From Candidatus Multivoradales bacterium (GTDB lineage Bacteria > Acidobacteriota > Thermoanaerobaculia > Multivoradales > J023): DNA of 64,000 nt. Under the pieces are notes generated by a model. That model saw only the letters and a list, made by a program, of their open reading frames with translations, was not told the DNA's origin and searched no databases. The stretch is taken from positions 4,608,001 through 4,672,000 of the forward strand of contig CBDFLE010000006.1 in assembly GCA_965248925.1 (NCBI GenBank). The letters run 5' to 3'. Of this stretch, positions 50,901-59,754 are shown piece after piece; position 1 is the stretch's first letter, and each line of letters starts with the position of its first letter. The position numbers were made by a program, and so were the translations under genes.

Positions 50901-51985
50901 CGGCGCCCGTATCACCGCCGAAATGGCGCACGACCACGGTTTCGATCTTGCTGCCGGGATCGCGGTCGTAGCTCATCGTGCGCACCACGTCGTCCGAGCT
51001 TGGCAAGGGGTTGGCCTTGCGCACCCGCTCGACTTTCAAGAAGCCGGTCGCCGGATCAAAGCAGGTGTCACGGCGCAAGGTGGCGCCGCCGGTGTCGACG
51101 GTGGTCTGGTACGAGTAGGTGCCGAGGATCCAGGCTTGGTTGGTGTTGGGCATGCCGCCGGGATGATATCGGGTGAACTGGTTGCGCGTCTTCACCCCGT
51201 CGAAGTTGTCCTTGCGCACAGTGCGCCGATAGTGGCCCACGCCGTCATAGCCCGACATGCGGTCCTCGGTGTACCGGTTGCCATCGTCCTTGTAGATCGT
51301 GCGGGTGACGAACTTTCGTTGATTACGGTCACGCGCCGCGGGGGCGAGCTGACCACGGACCTGCTCATCCCTCACTGGCGCGTGGGCATCGCGTTTATAG
51401 CCGACCTCGACCCGGCGGAGGTCGGTGCCGCCGGCCGACAGTACCCGCCGTGACAGGCGCCGCTCACCCACCGGGTTCTTCGGTGTGAAGGGCAGCCCCA
51501 GATCGAGTTCGTTGGCAGTGGCGACGCTGGTGGTGCCCCCCTGGTAGGTCGAGAAAAAGTGGATCGTCCGCTGACCCGAGGGTGCCCGGACCGTGGTGAT
51601 CGACTCGACCGCCGGATTGCCACTCTCCGAGGTTACCGCCTGGCTGTAAGTCCACTTGCCCAACTCGCCGTCATCGGTGTTGATCAGGCGCCGCAAGCTG
51701 ACCCCTGAGGAGAGCTGAAACTGAAGCCGCGGACGGCCCGGACCGGTCAGCGGTTCGCCGTTGGTGTAGAACTTGTAGTCCTCGTACGCCCAGGCCACCA
51801 GGCCACCAGTGGGCTCGGCTACCCCCACCAGCCGGCCGTAGCCATCGTAGATCTCCTCGGTGTCAAACTGGCTTTGGTTGACGCTGCCGTTGCCAGCCAC
51901 CGAGGTGCCCACCCTTCTCCGGCGCACCACCCGCCGGTCGCCGACGTAGGTCACCCGCACATCGTGGGTATCGCCATCTGGCGGG
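47922..51985 (-). pseudogene. RHS/YD protein (cassette C) with HELAH tip; frameshifted near 50400 and 5'-truncated
   Basis: ORFs 50194-51960 and 47922-50348 join by one frameshift (...SESEWY / PAGTVHRTYFDHDAFGRVTKI...); PLRFVDRDG cleavage motif; IFLHELAH. Confidence 0.8.
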
Positions 51986-52038
51986 GGCAGCGGCCGAGCA
52001 AGAAGTGCCCGACCGCTTGCGTCGCGTCTGCTAGAGAA

Positions 52039-52458
52039 TCAGAAAAACGGATCCAAACACGGCTCTCTGCAGCTGCTGAAATCAGAGTCCGAGAAGATCG
52101 GCAACAGCCCACCTCCAATCGTCGCAAATGTCTCGCAGCTGGCCCGAACCGGGCATGGAACGCCCTCGTGAGAATTGTTCAGGATCGCTCTGTTTCCTCC
52201 CGATACACAACAAAAGCCAATATTTCTAGTGACGTGGGGAAGACAGTTGAACAGGTCATGGCTGGTCTGCCACCTAATCCCTTCATTCGCCCAGCTCGGT
52301 GAATCGACTTTAGAGACAACTACGGTGTAAATAAACTGTACCTGAACTGAAAGGGAGCAGCTGGGGGCCATTACATGGGCCGCAACTGAGATTTCGATAG
52401 CGTGGGAGACGGCAGGAAGGCAGAGAGCCAACAGGGAAGCGATTAGCATCTTACGCAT
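52039..52458 (-). CDS. Small secreted Cys-rich hypothetical protein
   Basis: AGGAG RBS, signal peptide, 8 Cys in the mature region. Confidence 0.65.
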   Translation of the reverse strand: MRKMLIASLLALCLPAVSHAIEISVAAHVMAPSCSLSVQVQFIYTVVVSKVDSPSWANEGIRWQTSHDLFNCLPHVTRNIGFCCVSGGNRAILNNSHEGVPCPVRASCETFATIGGGLLPIFSDSDFSSCREPCLDPFF

Positions 52459-52474
52459 TAGTATTCTCCTTGCC

Positions 52475-53116
52475 TCAGCGTTCTTGTGTTGCTAGATGAC
52501 GGTCAAATGTCTGGGCGACCTCCCAAGCAGGACTGCCCTCTATAAATGGCTTGTCGCTGGTTACGGTAGTGTTCAGACGCATTTTCTGATCGAGATACGT
52601 ATCAATCCCACTCGTTTCGAGACCTATGGTTTTTAGGTCCTGGTTCAGGCTTGCATAGACCTCTGCAAGGTGTCGAACATGGTCTAGCGACCGCTCGTGA
52701 TTGGCTTCCGCCCAGGCATCCCCTTCCAAGCCAGCCAGCTCGGGCGGCTCTGGGGCGCTGGAATCTCCATGCTTCAAGATCGTTGTCGAACCATCATCCT
52801 CCTCAGTTTCACGCACAATCATCGGCTGGCCACCAGAGACAATGTCGAGATACCGATTGGCTGCTGCAAGGAGAATCGAAGCCGCTCGAGGGTCCTTAAG
52901 ATTGACACTGTCGAGGAGAACCTCCGCCGACCCTGGATCCTCGAGTTGGGTTGGAACAGCTAGTAAGAAATGTCGCAGCAGAATGTGCTTGGGGATCTCA
53001 TGCTTCTCGTACTTGTACGAAAGCGCAAGCAGCTCACCGGCGGTTTGCTGCGCCGGGGCAACAGTGGCGAGTAGAAGGCCGAGGCTCACGGCCAGGAGAG
53101 GGAGTATTTTTATCAT
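52475..53116 (-). CDS. Secreted hypothetical protein
   Basis: GGAGG RBS before ATG 53116; signal peptide ending APA-QQ. Confidence 0.7.
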   Translation of the reverse strand: MIKILPLLAVSLGLLLATVAPAQQTAGELLALSYKYEKHEIPKHILLRHFLLAVPTQLEDPGSAEVLLDSVNLKDPRAASILLAAANRYLDIVSGGQPMIVRETEEDDGSTTILKHGDSSAPEPPELAGLEGDAWAEANHERSLDHVRHLAEVYASLNQDLKTIGLETSGIDTYLDQKMRLNTTVTSDKPFIEGSPAWEVAQTFDRHLATQER

Positions 53117-53224
53117 TCTTGCCTCCAATTGGGAGTTAATCGCGGTCCATCTGGCGCGAAATGAGATAGCAGTGGAAACGCTAGCAGATCTCGCTCTGCT
53201 TTTCTACGGACTTGCGGGGTGTGT

Positions 53225-53494
53225 CTAGGACTGGTCAGCGCATCTCAGATTTCCTCCTTGTGGTTCAGCGAGTTCTGTTGGGAGACGAGTTTGTGAACGA
53301 CTCGCGATCGAAGGTGCAGCCGGTGGCCACCGGCACTCGGGAGCGGCCATCAGCAGGCGCTCGACGGCTAGGCCCGTAGCAGTGGCCGCGTGGCCATCGA
53401 AGCTCAGGTCCAGAGCCTGGGTTGGGGATGGCAGAGTGAGCAGGGCGGTGAGTAAGAGAACCGGTAGGGCAAGAGGGAGGTGATGTCTCGGCAT
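53225..53494 (-). pseudogene. Probable 5' remnant of a secreted-protein gene
   Basis: Good signal peptide (...PTQA-LDLSFDG) followed by sequence that loses protein-like character. Confidence 0.35.
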
Positions 53495-53587
53495 TGGGGG
53501 TCGCTCCTTTCGCGGACACGAGTTTCGGTCGCTTCAGTATCTATAGGCGTAAAAGGGCCGGCTTCGTTACAACGGGCGTCGAAAATT

Positions 53588-54007
53588 TCACCGGCGGTCA
53601 TTGACTTGGCTGGCGACCAGAGCTGTTTCGAGGGCACATTGCGTGAGGGTGTTGGCCAGCTGGTCCATGGCTTCGCAGCGGCGCTGCCCATTCATCGGAG
53701 TGCGTTCTCGCTCGGCCAGAGTGCGCAGAAACTGTTCGGCTTGCCGCTGACCACCACGGCGCGAGTCGAGGACTTTGTCGACGAACCAGAGGATGGCGGA
53801 TGCGGGCTCCAGGTAGCAGCGGTTGAGGCTCGCCAGGAAGCTGCCGGCAAGGTCTCCGGTGGAGGTGCTGGGGTTCACTTGGAGCTTGGCCCGCGCCACG
53901 ATCCAGGAATGCTCCAAGCGCAGGGAGGCACCGGTGACTTGAGAGGCGACCTGGCGAAGTAGCGCGCGCAGCTCAAGGTCGTCTAGCTGCTCTGTCCCGC
54001 TATCCAT
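53588..54007 (-). CDS. Hypothetical protein
   Basis: Start overlaps the end of 54000-54311; helical, Leu/Ala-rich composition. Confidence 0.55.
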   Translation of the reverse strand: MDSGTEQLDDLELRALLRQVASQVTGASLRLEHSWIVARAKLQVNPSTSTGDLAGSFLASLNRCYLEPASAILWFVDKVLDSRRGGQRQAEQFLRTLAERERTPMNGQRRCEAMDQLANTLTQCALETALVASQVNDRR

Positions 54008-54311
54008 GGCGGGGTGCCCGCTGCTCTACTTCGGCGGCGAGGCTCTCGATGGCGCGGGCCAGGGAAAGGTGGCGCTCGGTGAGTTCGGTTTCGGGAGCAC
54101 AGGGCAGGCGCACTTTCAGGGTGCTGCCTTGGAGGTGCAGATCGAGCGGCATCTCTAGCCTTTTGGCCAGCACGAGGCTCTTGCGCAGCAGGTCGCTGGC
54201 GCTGGTGAAGTTGGCGAGGCCGATCTGGCGGCTGATGACCTGGTTTGCGGTACTGGGTTGACGCCAGTGGACCAAGCCCTGCAAGCCGAGTTGGATGCGT
54301 TCTGGTTTCAT
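54000..54311 (-). CDS. Degenerate pterin-4a-carbinolamine dehydratase (PCD)-fold protein
   Basis: AGGAG RBS; ERIQ..L....HW...ISRQI...NFTSA...LT..HLSLARAIE pattern; lacks HHP. Confidence 0.55.
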   Translation of the reverse strand: MKPERIQLGLQGLVHWRQPSTANQVISRQIGLANFTSASDLLRKSLVLAKRLEMPLDLHLQGSTLKVRLPCAPETELTERHLSLARAIESLAAEVEQRAPRHG

Positions 54312-54343
54312 CGCTGTTCTCCTGGTGAGTGTCTGACCGGGTG

Positions 54344-54384
54344 AAAAAGAGCCTCCGGGCCGGGAGAAAGGTCCGGCCCGGAGG
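54344..54384 (-). terminator. Intrinsic terminator between the two PCD-like genes
   Basis: 12-bp perfect stem CCTCCGGGCCGG/CCGGCCCGGAGG followed by CTCTTTTT on the minus strand. Confidence 0.7.
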
Positions 54385-54411
54385 TAGGGAAGGCTCCGAC
54401 GACCTCAGGGT

Positions 54412-54702
54412 TTAGCCGCCGGATCCGCATGGGAGGTCGAGGGAGTGGGCATATTCGAAATGCCTGCTGTTCAGGCTGGCTGGGGGTCGGGGCCCGATCT
54501 GGACACTGAGCCGCCGGCCAACGATGACGATTCGCGGGGTGATCGCCAGCCGCTCGCCGGTGAAGAGCACGAAGTCGACGAAGATCATGGCGTCGCGCCA
54601 GGTGTCGAGCAGGAAGTGCTTGCCGATCGCTTGCACGTTTTCGGCGCGGTGCCAGCCGCTTAGGGGGCTCAAGGCGGCTTGGATTTGGTCGTCGGTCATC
54701 AC
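54412..54702 (-). CDS. Degenerate PCD-fold protein
   Basis: AGGAG RBS; MTDDQIQAALSPLSGW...AIGKHF...WRDAMIFV.....GE....P pattern; HHP replaced by ITP. Confidence 0.65.
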   Translation of the reverse strand: MMTDDQIQAALSPLSGWHRAENVQAIGKHFLLDTWRDAMIFVDFVLFTGERLAITPRIVIVGRRLSVQIGPRPPASLNSRHFEYAHSLDLPCGSGG

Positions 54703-54984
54703 GGGCTCCTCTTGGCTGGGAGAAGCCTAGGGCAGGATGGGTGAGATTGACCAACAATCGGGAATCTTGCCCTGACGGGGCACAGGGTACCGGCCTGGTA
54801 TACCGTCAAGTCTCTGCGGCATACCCTGAGAGGGTCAAGTGTCTACTCTCAGTCATACTTTTTGCGGTCAATAGTAGACTCACAGGGGACAGTCGATAGA
54901 AAAGCGCGGGAAAAATGGTCAGATAGAGAGATTTAGCGGCTTTTTCAGTTATTCTGGTGCGGTTAACTATCCATCTGGGAAGGG

Positions 54985-56319
54985 ATGATCATGGGAAACC
55001 GCGCCAACGAAGAGTATCTACGAGTTCTCGACGCGCTGAGAGCGCACATCCGGAGACATCCGCTCAGCGTGCGCGAACTTGGGCACAGGATGGGAGTTTC
55101 GCGGTCCTATTTGCCAAAGCTACTAGCTGGCAAGATGAACCCCTCGTTCAAGCAACTGCTGGAGATTCTTGGCACCATCAATCTGAGCTTCAGCGAGTTA
55201 GCCACCAAGAGTGAGGGAGGGGACGTAGAGGGTTTCCTTGAGGCATTGCTGCCGCAGGGATCGCAGGATCCACCAGTGATTCTGAATTTGAAGAAAGTTG
55301 CACGCGAGTTAGTGGGTAGGATTCGGGGTCACTGCACCGGCTTAGGAATTGCGGTTGGGGCGCATCTGAACGTAATCAAAGAGGCTGATGAGTTGCGCTA
55401 CAGCACACCCTGGCCCGCAGCGCGGCAGGCACTAGTGGTGGCTCAAAATGTTGCACCAACACTGCAGGGACCCGGCGCTCTGGAGGTTTTTGCCCAGGCG
55501 ACTGCCGTTCTGAGTTCCTGCTATCGCATTGGCGGGGCATCGCATTTGGCGGCGAAGTCACTACTGGTGGCTTTCTCCGTGCCTGGGGACTTCCCAATCG
55601 AAACCCGGTTGGATCTTATTGAGCGAGCGGCATATTTGCTGATGACCTGCGATGAGCACACTAGCGTCAAGACGACATTGTTGTCAGTGCGGTCGCTAGA
55701 GATTTCGTCATCGAGCGCAGAAAGACTCGACCTCGCGAGAGGGGTTGGCCTTCTGTTTTCCGGGGAGAATGACTACGCGATCGAGTCACTTCTATCGGTG
55801 ATACCACGCCTCGGAGCCCATCCCGACCGACTGATGTCCGCCGCCAATACAGCGCTGGGGAAAGCGTACACCAACATAGGAAAGCTCGAAGAGGCTAGCG
55901 CCGCATTGAAAGAAGTTGAACTTAGTCTGCCAACCGAAGATCTGTACTCCAAGGGCATGCTGAAGGGAGCGCTTGGGAGCTGGTGGCTCGCCAACGAGAA
56001 CCACGTCCAAGCGGAAGGCTTATTTGAAGAAGCAGCCGAGATGCTTGCCCCTATTAATCCATTCGACTCGGCGCTGCTAATTCTTAGCAGAGTCGAAACG
56101 CTCTTTAGGGCCGGCCGAGTGAGGGAGGCTGTGCGAGCTGCGGATCAGACGATCCCCCTCGTCGATTCTCTCGACACCAACGCGGCAACGGCCAATGCTC
56201 TCAAAAAGTTCAGGCTGACGCTACTAGCCGGTAAAATCACGTTGAATACTCTGAAAACGTGCCACGATGAAGTTCAGGCTGGGCGGATCAGCGGTATCCG
56301 CCCAGCCTTGCAAAGCTAG
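54985..56319 (+). CDS. XRE-family HTH regulator with C-terminal TPR-like helical domain
   Basis: SVRELGHRMGVSRSYLPKLLAGKMNPSFKQLLEIL HTH; ALGKAYTNIGKLEEA and AEGLFEEA TPR-like repeats. Confidence 0.78.
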   Translation: MIMGNRANEEYLRVLDALRAHIRRHPLSVRELGHRMGVSRSYLPKLLAGKMNPSFKQLLEILGTINLSFSELATKSEGGDVEGFLEALLPQGSQDPPVILNLKKVARELVGRIRGHCTGLGIAVGAHLNVIKEADELRYSTPWPAARQALVVAQNVAPTLQGPGALEVFAQATAVLSSCYRIGGASHLAAKSLLVAFSVPGDFPIETRLDLIERAAYLLMTCDEHTSVKTTLLSVRSLEISSSSAERLDLARGVGLLFSGENDYAIESLLSVIPRLGAHPDRLMSAANTALGKAYTNIGKLEEASAALKEVELSLPTEDLYSKGMLKGALGSWWLANENHVQAEGLFEEAAEMLAPINPFDSALLILSRVETLFRAGRVREAVRAADQTIPLVDSLDTNAATANALKKFRLTLLAGKITLNTLKTCHDEVQAGRISGIRPALQS

Positions 56320-56649
56320 CCTCCCGGCACGATAGTAACCGCGTAGTGTATTGGCGAATTGTCCTTCCTGTACTTCACTTTGATCTCCCATGCAGCAGGC
56401 CACTCCCCAAGCGTGATTGCCTCTGGTGCCCACTTACCCGGTGATTATCGCGTTAAGAGCAGTGCAGCAGGCTAATGAGGTCTTGACGCCCAACTGGGCG
56501 TGGGCTCTTGCGGTCCCATGGCGGGAGTTTTCGAATGCGGATCGGGGGTTGCTGGACAGGCGATGTCGGCGGGCGCCAGCCGCTTCTCATACGCCGTACC
56601 TGGCTCCTAAGAAAAGACCCCCGAAACGGCCCCTGAGAGCGCCGCCGAA

Positions 56650-56714
56650 GCTTCGCTCCGACAAGTGGCCGGTTTCGATCGGAATGGCTGGTCAGTTTCG
56701 TCGGAATAGGCTCA
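56650..56714. mobile_element. Solo IS21 (IS408-like) terminal remnant
   Basis: CTTCGCTCCGA followed by tandem repeats GTGGCCGGTTTCGATCGGAAT / CTGGTCAGTTTCGTCGGAAT, ending ...CTCA. Confidence 0.6.
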
Positions 56715-56881
56715 AGGCGCGGGCTCTGTTGACAAGGCATCCTCTACGGGCTCCAGATGCGGCCCAACTCGCTGCTGCCTTGCTGGCTGTCGAGGAGGAT
56801 CCTTCGACTCTGACCTTTGTCTGTTTCGACGAGCGGCTGTCGATCGCCGCGGAGCGGGAGGGTCTCCGGGTGCTCGGCTGA
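56714..56881 (+). pseudogene. vapC: C-terminal fragment of a VapC PIN toxin
   Basis: ARALLTRHPLRAPDAAQLAAAL...FVCFDERLSIAAEREGLRVL; N-terminus absent. Confidence 0.8.
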
Positions 56882-56902
56882 GGTCAAAAGAAAAGTCACT
56901 GC

Positions 56903-57313
56903 TTAGTCGGGATAGATGAACTTCACCGGTTTGTCGATATCTGGATGGTAGCTGTGGTGTACCGGGCAGGTGAGGGCGGCGCGTTCTAGCCGCTGGCGTT
57001 GCTCCGGGTCGAGGCCGGGGGGCATGTGGATCTCTACGGGAACGAAGCCGATTCGCCGGGGGTCGGTCTGCATGTGCTTTTCGAGGTGAAAGGCAAGGCC
57101 ACTCAAGTCGATGTCGTGGCGTTGGGCGACGATGCCGATGAGGGTGAGCATGCAAGCACCGAGGGCCGCTGCCATCAGATCGGTGGGCGAGAAAGAGCTG
57201 CCATCACCCTGATTGTCGATCGGTGCCGCGGTGTGGATCATGAGACCCGACGGACCGTGCTGTAAATCGACGTTGAGATTGCCGGTGTAGGTGCCAGTGA
57301 TTTCGACTGCCAT
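56903..57313 (-). CDS. OsmC family protein
   Basis: FSPTDLMAAALGACM and AALTCPVHHS motifs. Confidence 0.9.
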   Translation of the reverse strand: MAVEITGTYTGNLNVDLQHGPSGLMIHTAAPIDNQGDGSSFSPTDLMAAALGACMLTLIGIVAQRHDIDLSGLAFHLEKHMQTDPRRIGFVPVEIHMPPGLDPEQRQRLERAALTCPVHHSYHPDIDKPVKFIYPD

Positions 57314-57517
57314 GAGTTTCTCCTCTGCGTCTTGAGACTCGGCAGGGTATCAGAGCAGCCAATAGGCACCGGCTTGTCCCCACCGCCGCCATAGTTTCGC
57401 CACATTTGTCCCGCACTCTTCCTCATCACCGATCCGAAAATGGCTGGCGGGTGGGATTGGCTCAAGGCACTCGCGGTAGCGCTTCAGCGGGCCGCCACCA
57501 CCATCGCAGGAGGAAAC

Positions 57518-57718
57518 ATGGTCCTTGGTCGAACAAGTGAAGATAGTCCGCCGCGGAGTCCGCGCGGGCAGCAGGAACGGACCTTCGAGGGGGGGCCGGT
57601 GTTCGTGCCATCGCGGCCCTTGTCGGCTCTCGGCCGCCAGTTGATGGCCCCTGACGCAGAGCAAGAACGGGTCACTGCCTATGACGACAGCTGGTACGCC
57701 GAGCGCTCCCTGTCCTAG
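57518..57718 (+). CDS. Small hypothetical protein (66 aa)
   Basis: Strong AGGAGG RBS; occupies an intergenic gap; hairpin downstream at ~57768-57791. Confidence 0.55.
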   Translation: MVLGRTSEDSPPRSPRGQQERTFEGGPVFVPSRPLSALGRQLMAPDAEQERVTAYDDSWYAERSLS

Positions 57719-57828
57719 CCTCGAGAAATCACCCGCCCTCACTACTTGCCCTGCTGAATTCAACTCCCGGTCGCTGTTTTAGCTGCGACCGCGGCTGCTT
57801 TGCTGGCAAGGAGAGGGAGCGGCTGGGC

Positions 57829-57918
57829 GAAAAAGCAAGAAAGGCCCAACCGCCCCCGCAATTGAGGGCTGAGGATGCGAATCGTCTCTTTGGCCGCCAA
57901 GCCGGAAGACGTTTCGCT
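57829..57918 (-). ncRNA. Candidate small RNA, unknown family
   Basis: Begins just downstream of a near-consensus promoter; two predicted hairpins then a U-rich tract; no convincing ORF. Confidence 0.4.
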
Positions 57919-57924
57919 TATGCT

Positions 57925-57952
57925 ATTGTAGCAAAATATGCTGCTGTGTCAA
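57925..57952 (-). promoter_or_regulatory. Near-consensus sigma-70 promoter
   Basis: TTGACA-N16-TACAAT with extended -10 TG. Confidence 0.7.
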
Positions 57953-57996
57953 GAAATCGTTGGCAATTTCTCGCTCAACACCGGCGGTGGCAGGAG

Positions 57997-59754
57997 TCAG
58001 GGAATCAGCAGCACTTGATTGGGATGGATCAGGTGCCCACCGAGGTGGTTGGCTCGCTTCAAGGAGCTGATGCTGGTGCCGTAGCGGCGTGCTATCGAGG
58101 CCAGGGTGTCTCCAGAGCGGACGGTGTGGCTGCGGCTGCCTGCTGCCGGGATAGTGAGCCGCTGGCCAATGCTGAGATGATTGCCACTGCGTAGGTTGTT
58201 GGCTTGGCGGATGGCGTTGACGGTGGTGCCATAGCGGCCGGCGATCAGGGTGAGGTTCTCGCCGCGACGGACGATATGCACTGCCGGATTAGCCTGCCGC
58301 GGTGCTGGCTTGCTGCTGGTGGCGGCTGCACGGCGGGTGGTAGAGCGGCCACGCGCCGGAATCAACAACACTTGGCCGATGCGGATGCGGTGCGCGCTGC
58401 GCAATCGATTGGCGCGTACCAGCGAGCTGACCCGAGTACCGAATTTGTCGGCGATGGCGCTCAGGCTGTCGCCGCGCCGCACCCGGTAGCGCAGACCCCG
58501 CTGGTGGTCTGAACGGCTGGCCGCGCCGAGCTGCTCGTAGGCCGCCTGCCAGCTCTCGCCACTGCCTTGGGGTACGCGCATCGGGTAACCCTTGGGGTAC
58601 AGCAGGTCGCCGCGCCAGATCTCTCTGTTGAGGGCTGGGTTGAGCTGCTGTAGCTGGTCGATCGTGGCGCCGGCCTGCGCCGCCAGGTCGGTCAGGGCGA
58701 CGTATTGATTGGGCACCAACTCATCGTAGGCCAGCCGCGCCCGGGGTTGGCTGTCGGGGAACAACTGGCGGCGGTGAGAGTAGGTCTCGGCGGCGGCGAG
58801 GAATTCGGCGTAAAAGTTGCGTGAAGCGAAGCCAAAGCTGCGCGACCGGTAGCGAGTGGCGATCTCGCCGAGGTCCTTGGTGCCCAATTTACTCACTGCT
58901 CGCGCCATGCCGCCGCGACCGTGATTGTAGGCGGTGATCGCCAGCGGCCAAGTTCCCAGGTTGGCGTAGTTCTGGCTCAGCAGGCTGGCCGCCGCCTCGG
59001 TGGCTCGCCAGGGGTCGTAGCGCTCGTCGACCTCCAAATTGAGCTTCATGAACTGCCGCGCGGTGGATGGCATGAACTGCCAGATGCCCCCCGCCGCGGC
59101 GGCTGAGCGCGCGGCAGTGTTGAACATCGATTCGACAAAAGGTAAGCGGGTCAGCTCGCTAGGGAGACCGCGGCGGCTGAAGATCTCCTCGATCGCCGGC
59201 ATGTACAGTCCGGAAATCTCGATCGCTTCGGCGAAACGGTCACTCAAGCAAGTTTGGGAGCGGACTCGCCTGGCCGCGGCGGCGAACTTGGTGCGATCGC
59301 CGGGAACGGCAGCGAACATCCGCGCGATGCGGCCCTGCTCGGCGGCATGGGTGGTGGAAGCACGGCCGGCCGCCAAGTTGCCGAGCAGGCGGGCGTAGAG
59401 TTCCCGCGCCGCCTTGACCCGCTGTTTGCGGTCCAGCTCCTTGCGCACCGCGCTGCGGCTACTGTCCCCTTCGATGTCGGAACAATCGACGACGGCGTAG
59501 ACCACTTGCAGATAAAGATGGTCGTGGATCAACACCTGCTCGCTCGAATAGCGGGTATAGACCTGGGTCCAGAAGTCGACGTTCGGCTGTAGCTTGTGGG
59601 GTAGGGGAAACAGGCCCCGGTCGAGAGTGCTCGCCAGAGTGATGTTGGCGGCATCGTCGGCCGTCGCGGCGGCCCCCGGCAGCAAAGCGAGGAGGCAGGC
59701 GGTGAGCAGAGTACCGAAGGGTGAAAGCCTGAGGAAGCGACTGAAAATCATCAT
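57997..59754 (-). CDS. Lytic transglycosylase with three LysM domains (MltD-like)
   Basis: LPFVES, AAGGIWQFMP and AITAYNHG motifs; three VR.G(D/E).L..IA..(Y/F)GT LysM repeats; start uncertain. Confidence 0.9.
   Translation of the reverse strand: MMIFSRFLRLSPFGTLLTACLLALLPGAAATADDAANITLASTLDRGLFPLPHKLQPNVDFWTQVYTRYSSEQVLIHDHLYLQVVYAVVDCSDIEGDSSRSAVRKELDRKQRVKAARELYARLLGNLAAGRASTTHAAEQGRIARMFAAVPGDRTKFAAAARRVRSQTCLSDRFAEAIEISGLYMPAIEEIFSRRGLPSELTRLPFVESMFNTAARSAAAAGGIWQFMPSTARQFMKLNLEVDERYDPWRATEAAASLLSQNYANLGTWPLAITAYNHGRGGMARAVSKLGTKDLGEIATRYRSRSFGFASRNFYAEFLAAAETYSHRRQLFPDSQPRARLAYDELVPNQYVALTDLAAQAGATIDQLQQLNPALNREIWRGDLLYPKGYPMRVPQGSGESWQAAYEQLGAASRSDHQRGLRYRVRRGDSLSAIADKFGTRVSSLVRANRLRSAHRIRIGQVLLIPARGRSTTRRAAATSSKPAPRQANPAVHIVRRGENLTLIAGRYGTTVNAIRQANNLRSGNHLSIGQRLTIPAAGSRSHTVRSGDTLASIARRYGTSISSLKRANHLGGHLIHPNQVLLIP

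Noticed and set aside
56417-56881. 154-aa ORF as an intact VapC
   Set aside because: The N-terminal two thirds read through non-coding DNA and an IS end and lack the PIN N-terminal Asp motif
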